64,000 nt of DNA from assembly GCA_965112155.1 (NCBI GenBank), contig OZ218107.1. One strand, 5' to 3'. The notes under the pieces are model-generated. The model was not told the DNA's origin. It did no database searches and was given only the letters and a program-made list of their open reading frames with translations. Of the stretch, positions 24,401 to 36,400 are shown in pieces (the stretch's first letter is position 1; the number at the start of each line of letters is the position of its first letter). The position numbers were made by a program, and so were the translations under genes. Origin of the DNA: Podarcis liolepis. Its lineage: Eukaryota.

Positions 24401-27400
24401 TTGCTCCCTGACTTGCTTTCTCACTCACACAAAGGGAGGGGGAAAAGCTTCTTTGTGTGAGGGAATTAGATTTATTCATACATTGGTTTATTAAACTTAG
24501 TTGATCAACAGTATTTTCTGCTACAAAAATATAAGGAAAATGGCTATTCAACATTTTAATCATTGCCTTGCTGAACTGAGAGAGGAGTGTAAATAAGTTT
24601 GCAACAGAGCTATGCAACTTAAAACACTTTTTTAAAAACAAACAAACAAATGTTGTAACCCATCCTGGGACCTGCTGGTGAACAGCAGGTAATAAATTTA
24701 ATGTTGATGATAGTGATGATGATAATAATAAGCTCAGCATGGAAATGCATGATTTTCATGGAAGAAGTCCAACTCCCAGCATCATCAGCAAGTTTGTGAA
24801 ATACTTATGAGACCATGAAGAGCTCCTAACCGAGCTACTGGTATTAAGATGAGATACAAGAAGAAGAAGAAGAGTTTGGACTTGATATCCCGCCTTTCAC
24901 TTCCCTTAAGGAATCTCAAAGTGGCTAACAATCTCCTTTCCCTTCCTCCCCCACAACAAACACTCTGTGAGGTGAGTGAGGCTGAGAGACTGCAGAGAAG
25001 TGTGACTAGCCCAAGGTCACCCAGCAGCTGCATGTGGAGGAGCGGGGAAGTAAACCCGATTCACCAGATTACGAGTCCACCACTCTTAACCACTACACCA
25101 TGCTGGCTTAATAGTTTAATAGTTGCAACAGGGAAAGTCTTCTGATGACTGGTTCCACTTTTGCTTCTTAATGAAAGAAAGAAATCTAGAATGAAGAGTG
25201 GGACAGAGCAGTAGATAAACAGGGAATCGACCAGGGATATCCAAAGTTGTGCTCTCCAGATAAACTATAACTCCTATCAGCCCCAATCAGAATGGGCCAA
25301 TAATCAAGGATGATGGAAGCTTTAGTCCAGTAACATCTGGAGGGCACCTTGTTGTTTGAAGGCAGCCCTGTTTAGGGAAGCTTTTATTGTTTAACAGACC
25401 ACTGTATTTTAACATTTTGTTGGAAGCCGCCCAGAGTGGCTAGGGAAACCCAGCCAGACGGGCGGGGTATAAATAATAATTTATTATTATTATTATTATT
25501 GTCTGCCCTTGGAACAGCCATTCTGCGAAAAATGCCCAACTTTTTACATATGATTGTTACCAGAAGTCTATAGGACTTTAGGACAGAGTGCAATATAAAT
25601 CAAAATAAATTTAAGTTCTAGATAGGCCTTGAGATGCTATTTGAAATCCTATATTTTAGCAACAGAGGTAATATATCATTTCAGGAATCATTTCAGGATG
25701 ATTCATTTCAGGAATCATTTCAGGATCATTTCAGGAATCCTTTGGCGCTTCAACTAAGATTTTACTGCAGCATTAAACAGGGTCACAGTATACACTGAGA
25801 CTAAGAAGTCAGGATTGGCAAATAATTCTGAAATTACTTACCCTCTTGTTTCTTCATCTTGCCCCTTTCCTCTCTGTATTTTAATCCATTGTTCCAGCTG
25901 AAGCATTGAATTAGTTCTCTGTATAACACGTTCAGATTCTATGTGTGAGTGAATGGTGTTGTGATGGATTCCATCTCCAGAGTCTGCTAGAATAAGGTTG
26001 ACAGCTTTCTCTGACCCATTTAAATGAATTGGCCTGTAGTGTCCTGATGGAACTGTGTTTGCTGGCAAAGTCCCATACTCTGACCCCAAAGGATTCAGTT
26101 TTACGCTGTTGATTTTTGTTAAAGGTCTATCACGCCCAACTTTTTGAAATCCATATTTTTCTGCTTCTAAGGCCTTTTTGTCTTCCATTTTGCTCACTTC
26201 TTTGTTCCGCTGATTATTCTGTGCCTCTGGTTTAATTAGCACTCTGTGGTTTGCAATATTATTCACTTCACGAGGTGGTGTGTTTTCAGCAGTCATCTTG
26301 TCTGCTCTAAAAAAGGAAGAAATACACACTGGAGAACAACTTCACTAGAAATATGCCGAAACAGGTACACTTGGGTGTGTTTAGTAAGCAGCATGCAATT
26401 TCTTCAGTCTTAGAATCATAGAGTTGGAAGGGATCCTGAGGGTCATCTAATCCAAACTCTTGCAACTTATGCAGCACTTACAAGATAGACAACCATATAG
26501 GGTACAAGATTACAGACCTCAACAAAAGTACTGAACTTTGAACCCACACTGATATATATTGTACTCTCTTAACAAAGGAAAGAAGTGAAGAGAACAAGGG
26601 ATGATCCTGAACACTCTTTTGCCTAAGCATGATGAGAGATCAGGACCTCTACTACCCATTACTGAGCTCCTGCCCAGCTCTATACTTGCTGGATGTCCAG
26701 ACATGAGCATCAACTCCCCACGTCTATAGCATCCTTTACAAGTTACTTGCATGAAGGGGCAATGTTCATAGAGAGGGGCATGAGGATCCACCATTGGCCC
26801 TATCCCAATAATGAGCAGCCTGCCCCAACCTTGCCCTTGATGTCCATGCATTAGGCACAAACATTTTCAACAGAAAAGCCTACATGAATAAATCTCTATG
26901 TGTATGACCAGGACTCCAACTCCCATGCATATAGACATCTATGTCAGGGGTGGGGCCAACAGCACACTCCTGTTGCCCCGAGCATTTCTATATATTATGT
27001 GAGAGGAGCTTATATGCAATACACATGCAACACACAATCTCACACTGTGCAATCAACATCACATAACATGATATTATATGCCTTGGATTTTGACAAAATG
27101 AATCCAGAAGGGCTCCTATATTTAACATATGGGATAGGGCATGCCAGTGTTTAATATTTATTTATTACATTTGTATGCTGCACAATAGATCAAGGATTGT
27201 ATCCAATGCTGGATATCACCAGAATTGATAGAACTGACATGACTTCCCATTCCCCTTCTTTCCCCGTGCATCCCCAATATGTGATCTAGCGAGTCCTGCA
27301 ACACCCTGGAGAAGATTTTCAGGGTGTGTAGGGGTAGATTGCTAAGTTCTGTTGCAGACATGGAAGTCTCTTGTATGAACAGAATTGCAGCATTGGATGA

Positions 27401-30400
27401 AACCCTAGAAAGCAACACCAAAGATCAAGAACAGAAATCTCAGCAACAGACTGAACACAGCAGAGATAAAGTAATTGGTGATATCCCATGCTAGTCATAA
27501 TTCATTCCAAATAACATTATTGTACTAGCCATTGGCCATGCCAAATCTGAATCAAAAATAAATACAAGCAAAAGGAGTGTTGCGTCACAAATAATGGCCT
27601 CTATTTAGATCTCTGTGTCTCCCTTACAGTTCACTGCTATATTGTCCAGGGTCTTCTTTCTGATCTTTTTGGCCGCCAAAGCAAAAAGGGTGACTTTATG
27701 AGTCAATGAAGCATTTATATAGCTAAGAAACCACAGAATCTTCTCTACTGGGGAGAGACATATTTCCTGTGCGGATGGTAAGGTGAGAAACTGCCTCCTG
27801 AGTCAAATGTATAGTGGGCAATATAGTAAACAGTGCAACCTGTGGTTGCCCACATATACAGAGTCTGTCTTCGTATGGCACCCTGTTATATTGTCCATCA
27901 AGGACTGCAGAGGGCATAGCTTGAAAATGCAGCTCAGTAAAAGCAAATCTAGGGACGCAGGTGGCGCTGTGGGTAAAACCTCAGCGCCTAGGACTTGCCG
28001 ATCGTCAGGTCGGTGGTTTGAATCCCCGCGGCGGGGTGCGCTCCCGTCGCTCGGTCCCAGCGCCTGCCAACCTAGCAGTTCGAAAGCACCCCTGGGTGCA
28101 AGTAGATAAATAGGGACCGCTTACTAGCGGGAAGGTAAACGGCGTTTCCGTGTGCTGCGCTGGCTCGCCAGATGCAGCTTGTCACGCTGGCCACGTGACC
28201 CGGAAGTGTCTTCGGACAGCGCTGGCCCCCGGCCTCTTAAGTGAGATGGGCGCACAACCCCAGAGTCGGACACGACTGGCCCGTACGGGCAGGGGTACCT
28301 TTACCTTTACCTTAAAAGCAAATCTAAGTGAGGTTGGCCAGACATTGGGCAGTTTTTAGAAGGGGAATAGTCATAATTCAGAACAGACTCATTGACATCA
28401 GTGGTCTTAAGCCTACTGATTTCTATGGGTCTACTCGATCACTTATGTTGGACATCACCCACTGTCTTAGAGATGCAGCACTAGAAGAAACTACTACTAC
28501 TTAAATTCTGTGTTTGATATAACTATTAACACAGGGAACAGCCCCAACTGCAGTATTCAATCTGACAGCTATGAAAGGGGATAAAAATTTGAAGGCAAAA
28601 TTTTCAGACTTCATAGTGTTGAAAAAGCGCACTTTGACTTCTTTTTAGCACTTAAAGCCTCTGAAATCCTCATTAATTTCAAGCCATCTTTTGTGATGGA
28701 GCAATATACAGAGCTGTCTAGCTCCTGGACCTCCTGTGCTAGACATTCAGTAGATAAAGGGAAATATTATCCTATTTTAAACTTTACATGGTCACTGATA
28801 TCATCAATTTGCTTCATTTGGCAAGTTTCATGTCAGTTATTCATCTTTGGGAAAACACTTGTGGCTTCTATAATTACAGTGGGGAAAATATCTGCTGACT
28901 TGAACTGTGGTGTAAAATAATTGTATTTATCAGAAACAGTAACAGCTGCACTGTTAGCATATTTACCCTGAATTTACCCATTCAGATGTTGGCAGATCCA
29001 CCGCTCTTATTAAATTTTAGAGGCTTGCTTTTGCCACCATCCCACTTTTTCTTTCATTCTCGTCTTCCAACTAGTATACTGCATTTAAGTAGGCCAATCC
29101 TCTCTCCAGTCCCAGTCCCACAACCTGCTGAGTTCTCCCTCTCTCCCACCAATCTATTTTACTCACATACATTGTGTCAGCTGGCTCCTCCTTTCTGCTT
29201 AAAATTTCAATCTTGTTCTTACTTTTGAAACACCTTCCTCCTCCTAAGAAATCCTGCATTCAGCTCCTGATTTCATCTCCTTTACATTTTGGTCATGTTC
29301 TTATCTTCCAAGTCTGTTCTGCCTGTTCTTTATATCTTATTTCACTTTCACTCCTTCCCCTTGAGATCTAGGACACTGCCCTTTTTCTGGTTCTCCTGTT
29401 ATAACTGCTAATTGTTGTCCTGTCCCTTTTCATCTTTCCCAATCTCCGTAGGAATCCATCAGAGCTCTCAACAATTTTCATATCTGCTAAAGTTTCAGCT
29501 ACCATCTTCAAGTGGATTACGTTTTTCCTAAACTAATCTCTCACCTTGCCCAATCCCACTGAATTGTCAAGTCAACTGTTCTTCCTAGCTGCCTCACTGA
29601 CATTTCAAAAATAATATGGGTATGAAGACAAGTATATTTATGCCCCAACTCTCTCCTCTCCTGTTACCACTGTTATTTCCACTTCTCATTCACTGCGGGG
29701 GGGGGGGGCATCTTTACCTGTCACCAGATACATTCTCCCACTTCATTACTGGCCAAAGTTAATCTCTAACGAATTGTTTTCAAATGTCCTGCCTTCAATT
29801 AACCCTTTTCACACAGACTCATTCATCTATTGAGAAATGCTGGTGGCAAGGATTTGCTGGTGATTTTAACCTAATTAGCACCACACTCTCTACCCCCCCC
29901 CCATATTGCCTATTCTAGCAAGCCTGTCTGTTGGTAGGTCTGCTTAATTTCTTAGGTACTCTTGCCTCCCCCAAATATTAAGGGAACATTATCATTCATC
30001 TAGCCTTACCAAGAAGCACCATGGATTCTGACCACATGGAATCTCTCTCCCACCTTACTTCCAGTTTGAAATGCTAACCTTACTGCAGTGCAACACTTTA
30101 CTCACCATCAACACAACTTCATTCACGCTTTTCTAACTGGCTTTTTTCAAGCTTTTTCTTTTACAGCCTGAGGAGTCTTATTGGTCCAAGTTACTGGGGA
30201 GGGCGGGGTGAATGCCCACTGCCAATGCTATGGTTTTTTTAGAGTAGGTAGGGAGGACTTGAGTTTCCAAACAAATTAAATTCTCTTCCCCTAAACTTTC
30301 CAATGCCTAGGTGATGATTTATTTGTTTATACAGTGCTATATCATGTAAATATCAAAACAATGTATAACAGTATCTATACATAATAAGAACACACAGATA

Positions 30401-33400
30401 TTAAAAATCAAAGATCATGATTTGCTTAAAGCTGTCAGGTAACCAATGGTAACCAGTGTTCTATTCCATTTTGAAGCATTTTGAAATAATCCCCACCCCA
30501 AAAGGATTCATGGAACAAGCCCCTGTTTGGGGACCCTGATTTTATCTCATCTTAAAGTCAACTATCTAAGCAATCCTAGACATTTACAGTCTTATACAGA
30601 ATTCAAATTACCATTTCTTTTATACATCATATGGGCTTGATTCCTTTTAAAGCAACTCTTTTTAAATCACAATACTGTCTTTTGTTCTTCATCTATCTGC
30701 CTACTCATGCCTAAAACATTGATATCATTCTTTCTCCATGAATGAGACTTGGGTCACAACCACAACTTTCCTGCAACTACAAATTACAGGAGGGGATCAG
30801 TAATGGAAAACAAGCTCTGAGTCATGGAAGGCTGTCTGCTCGTAGCCTTTTCATTGAGAAACCCCAGTTTCACCAGAAAAGGATTTCAAAACTATAGGTC
30901 TAAATTCTAGATTGCTGCAGCCTATTCCTTGTGGGACTTGCCCCCCTGTCATCATCTTTTCCTTAAACCGAATTTCAAAAGACATCTGCTAAAATCATGT
31001 ATTTTCTGCTGTTATGCTCATGTCATTCTGATGCTTCCTTCAAAGCCTGAAGTCCTAGCATGCATTACACTCCCCCTTTCCTCCACTGACGGTATGTCCC
31101 TTTATTCTTTATTCCATTCTTAATGGAATAAAGTTTTAGGATACAGTCAATCTGGGAAAGCAGTGAGATTTCAATAATAATACAACTTGCTGGTAGAAGA
31201 TAGTGTTTGATAGTTTACTTGCATATGACGCAAAAATTGCCAAAAATTATAGGCAGTGAATTTGGGATATCATTTATTGATATTTCAGCACAACATTGAA
31301 AGTTGTTGTAGGAAAGCTTAATTTAACTGATAAAGGAAAAGCAACAGTGTTTTGGAAAATGCCAGTGCATTCTTACGAGTGACCTAAATTAGGGAAATAA
31401 TCAAAGTTGTAACCACATGGGAGCTTGTTCCATCGTTTGAGTGACAAGTTTAAATGGGCTTTTGCTTATTTAAAACAGTTAGGATTAATTATTCTCAATA
31501 GACCCCTCGGGACATTATTAAACCTGAGTCTACTTATAACAGAAAAAACTCCACCAGACCTCGATCTGTGAGACTACTTACAATTAAGTCTCTAAGGCCA
31601 AATAGCTTCAATAACATGTGTATTATATATATTCATTGCTACTGAGCAGAGATCTAGAAAATATATTATATTGCTAAAGATGCACAGAAAGATAAGAATA
31701 AAAGGAGAACCTTCCTAGTTCAGGCTAAAGGCCTTCTTCTAGAGCCCAGTCCACAATGGACAACCAGATGCCCATGGGAAGCCCACAAGCAGGATCTGAG
31801 TGCAACAAGACTTTCTGTACACAGCGACTGGTATTCAGAAGAATACTGCCAATGGCAGTGGAGGCAGAACATACTAGCCATTATGGCTAGTAGTCACTGG
31901 TAGCCTTGTCCTCCAAGAACCTGTCTAATGCCCCTTAAAACTGTCCAAGTTGGTGGCCATCACTACATCTTGGAGGGGCAAATTCCATGTGCTGTGTGAA
32001 GTACTTTCTTTTATTTGTCCTGAATCTTCTAATATGCAGCTTCACTGGATGTCCCCAAGTTTTACTACTATGAGCGAGAGAGAAACCTTTCCACTTTCTC
32101 CAGACAGAATCAGAAAGGCAAGAGGTCATACATGACACATTTCCTATGAAATGTTGTTTCACCAGCAAATGTTCAGGCTGTTGTTTTTTGGCATGAAAAA
32201 AGGGAATAGGAAAAGAGGCAAGTTGCAGCTTCTCTCCTCCCCAAGCACCATTTTCAGTTATGGCTCATTCAAGATGGCTTCAAATTAGTGTAGTCAGCAG
32301 AATGTAACCCAATTTTCAGTATGCTCTAATTCTAACATGGGGAGAACTACCTATTTCAACTATTAAAAATGCAGTACACTAAGCCTACAATTTACGTGAA
32401 GATTACGCTTCAGGGATTGAGCCGAAATCCAAAATCATGAAAAGTCAAAACACATTGGGTTCAATGGTAGGTGGGATTGCTTAAGGCATTTTCTCCAGAA
32501 CTATTAACTATTTTTAATTTATTGTTTGAATTTTTTGAATGGGGTAGGTTAAAGGTTTCAACTATCTGGTCCTGCACATTTCCAATTCCACAGGCTCTTG
32601 TCCTCAAGCCATGGAGGACTTCAGCCCACAGAAACCTTTATATTTATAATTAAAAGTCTTGTTTTTACAAGCTAAAATCATGTGAGCAATGCAATGGATG
32701 AGGTATAATGTACTACAATAGCCATGGGAAGTTACCCCATCATTAACTCTTTATCAGCTTATTGTAAAGCGTTAATGCTACATAAAATCATTCTATAATA
32801 CAGTACTATGGGTCATTCAAATCAGCTTATCACCTCTTACAATTCATCATCTCATTATTGACACAATGGAGTCAAACTCTAACTATGTAAGCCACAAATT
32901 GTGCTGCTCAGTTGGATGTACACTTGTCTGCTTCCCCAGCTCCAGTAAATACTTTTGAACAAGTGCTGCCTGCTCATACAAGTCTCTTGAAAAGCACTGG
33001 ACCTTGATCGAGATGGAGGGAAAAGCCCATTGTTCCAAGTATGCTAGGAAGTTTTCAAAAGCTGGAGATGTAGTAACACACCCCTAAACATGACCTTGAA
33101 GGTTCACATAGGGGAGTCATCTTTTAACTGAAAAATGTAATTCTAAAATGTTGATGCCTGACAAAGCAATTAAGTATCTATCAGAATTAGCATGACTCAT
33201 TTATCGAGACATAGCTACACAAGACAGAAAGATAAAAGTCTGGTAGTATAAACTAACACAGATGCTACAGCACTGTCAACCTGTGTTACCTTTTCACAGG
33301 CTCTGTCTGTACAAGAGCTGCATCTATCATGGCTTTCATCCATAACTCCATTTCCTTCCCTGTATCTGTGCAGAAATAATAGGTCCTCATGTTTGGATGA

Positions 33401-36400
33401 GCTGCCTGATTGGAAATGACATGGTCATTGTGGTGGGGGAAGTTACGATAGTCTGTAAGGGAGCGAGAAGAAAACAAATAGAAGAATATTACTGGTTTCC
33501 TTAATAAGTAATTCATTGGTTTTAAGATTTATTCAGGCTGCCTCTAGAAACTCATCACACGGTAACTAATACAATGTTATTCAACATCATGCTCATCTTT
33601 TGCGGCAATTATACTAGGGGAAAAACATATCAGAATTAAATTTGTAAGCCTTGTTGTTTCACTGTGCACCTGCTGCGCTTCCAAGTGATTTCTACGAATT
33701 ACAGAATAAAAATTCACTGTTGGCATCTGAGAAGCACGGATTATAGAAATATATTAGCTCAGGTGCTTGGGAGTCAGGACAAAATAGCAGGTTCTAAATT
33801 ATGTACTCACCCATTAAAACATGCAGTGCAGTTTAGTGTACTCATCATCAACAGGAGCCCAAAGAAGTTCAAATCCAAGAAACAAAATGTAAAGTTAGGC
33901 GAGTTTGTTTAACAGAAGAGCAGCTACAATTCATCCAGCATACATTAAATAAAATAAACCTTGTAAAAATGAAATTAGTGTTCAAGGGCACAACTTAAAG
34001 CTGCTATTAATTACTTTGGTCATGTCCAAGTTGGCAAGTAACTAGCAAATGCTCACAGAACTATAGATTACAAGCAAAATCTTTTAAGCAGCCCTTCTAC
34101 AAAAATAGAGGCACAGTGGGCAAGTAGTAAACTATGCCTCGGAAGGTAGATTAGACTTCATATAGTGAGAAGATGGCCCATGAGTTTCATTCGTATCTGG
34201 TGTCACTTGCATGCCCAATTGTTCCATGGAGACTCAAAAAGCTCCCAGAGAGCAGAGAAAGGAAGATATCAATGAACGGGATGCTAAGGCAGTGAGATAA
34301 CTGAATTCCATTGAGACACGCCAACATGGCAGAGGATATAAGGTTGCCTGCAGACATATACATTTCTCCAGGGAATGAGGGGACTTCTAGTACTGTTAAG
34401 GCTACAACCATCCAGTTTCAGGTGGGTTACAAAGAAATCCAAAAGAAGGTAGAAACAGAGGGTGAACAAACCTTCTCTAAAAGGGTAACACAAGGATGGG
34501 AAGACGTGTGTGCACATATTTAGGGCTTCAAGTGATAGATTTCAATACTGACAAAAATGACCCAGTACAACTTCTAGATCGTGGAGGTTGCTGATGGAAG
34601 AAGCTGCAAAAATGTGATTATGTGTAGGCATCATCTTGAGACACAAAATTGACTGAACTGCTCATTTCCTACACCATCAAAGAAGAGTACACCTAAACTA
34701 AAGAAGCAGGATCTTTGAAACAAAAAGCTGTAAAATATGCAGTCACATTGGAGGAGCCACTAATGTTGATAACACTAAATAGTGAAATTTACTGCCTTTA
34801 CAAATGATGGTTTGTTCTTGTAGCTCTCTAGATAATAAATTATGATATTGGGGTAGTCTTCAATCTGTGGCAGCTTTTGCCTAACCTGAAATCAACAGTG
34901 AATGTGTTCACAATCATGGTTTCTTGATCACCTGCACACCACAGACCACCGGATAAATAATATTCTTACCTTAAAAGCATATTTGCGATTGATGTGATCT
35001 TCAGAAGAAAGCATAGATATCTGAAAGCTGGGAAGAAGTATGCTCCCCAATATTCCCTCTTCTTTTTCATCTAGGAATAACATAAAAATGGTTGACTAAG
35101 CTAGCAAACTGCTGCTGCACTGTATTCTAGAACACTGAAACAGACATTTGCACTTAAAACTTTTTCCAGATGCTTAAAATTATTGTGGAGGAAATTCAGG
35201 GCAAATTCAGCGACTCCACCATTTTAGAACAACAAGCTTCCAAATTTCATAACAGGTCTTTAGGGAGCCAAAGACCATGCCTTTGGACCCCAAGGAGCAA
35301 AACTAGCCCATGAGAAAACAATGGCTGAGAACTTGCTGGAAGTCCACTTTATGAAGGATGAGGGAGGGAGGCCCAGCCCATCATTGTCTATTCCCTCCTC
35401 AAGGCAGACCTCTTATAAAATTTGTTGCCTGCTAGGATTCTTGACTGAATGTTGAACACACAGACAGCATTTGTGCAAACAGAAATAGCCTTCAGGAGTT
35501 GGAAGAGCTCATCTAAACTGTATCATGTAGTTCAGTCGGTAAAAACTGAAGCGAATCCTTGGCAATCAGCAAGGAATACCACTGCAAGCATCTAATCCTC
35601 TGCCATCTCTGCAGTGCCCTCTGCATTCATCCATCCCTCACCCAATGTCAGCAGGGAGCATCTCAGATCAACAGTCTTTGTGAGCTTAGACCGCCCATGG
35701 TTCTCTTCTTACAAACGCTGGGTGAAGTATCTCAGCAGACTGGAACAGTGTTGTGAATCCCCCCACCACTCATCAACAGAAATACTTCACTAAACAAATA
35801 TTATGAAGGATTCAATTGTCTCCTGAATAGCTGCATTAAATCTGGATATTACAGTTAATCACTGGAATGGAGAAAAGGGTTTTAATCTTGCTTTTAACTC
35901 TACCTCAAAGCACTATGAAGTGTGGAGTAGCTAATGATGCCTCTTCAATAGAGGAGCTGTTTAATACATGAAGGCGAACACACAAATTTGCAGTTCATGT
36001 GCCTGCCAATGCCCCCTGTGTGAGTACGGCAATCACAATGAATGCCTGGCCCAAAAGAAAAGCTTTCACGTACAACAGCAGAATGCTAAGTATTCAAGCC
36101 ATGTTTCTTACGGCTGTCTTTAATGGCAACATCGAAGGAAAATGACACTATTTTTCCAAAGTGAGCATGCAGCCTGCAAGGCAGGCTAGACTAAAAGGAC
36201 CATGCTATTAATGCCTAAACATAAATCTTCTGCAATACAGAAAGTACAAGCCATTCTTGACCAAATACACTTTTGGGTGCAAAGTTTGTAATATATGAGG
36301 TATGCTAGTACCCTTGACAGAAAATGTAACTGTACAAGTATTGTATGAAATTCAGCAGCATGAAATTCACAATATCATACAGTTTGGCCATCTTAACTTT

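Noticed and set aside
24858-25108. tRNA-like sequences here and in other SINE heads
   Set aside because: No complete cloverleaf; they continue into SINE bodies.
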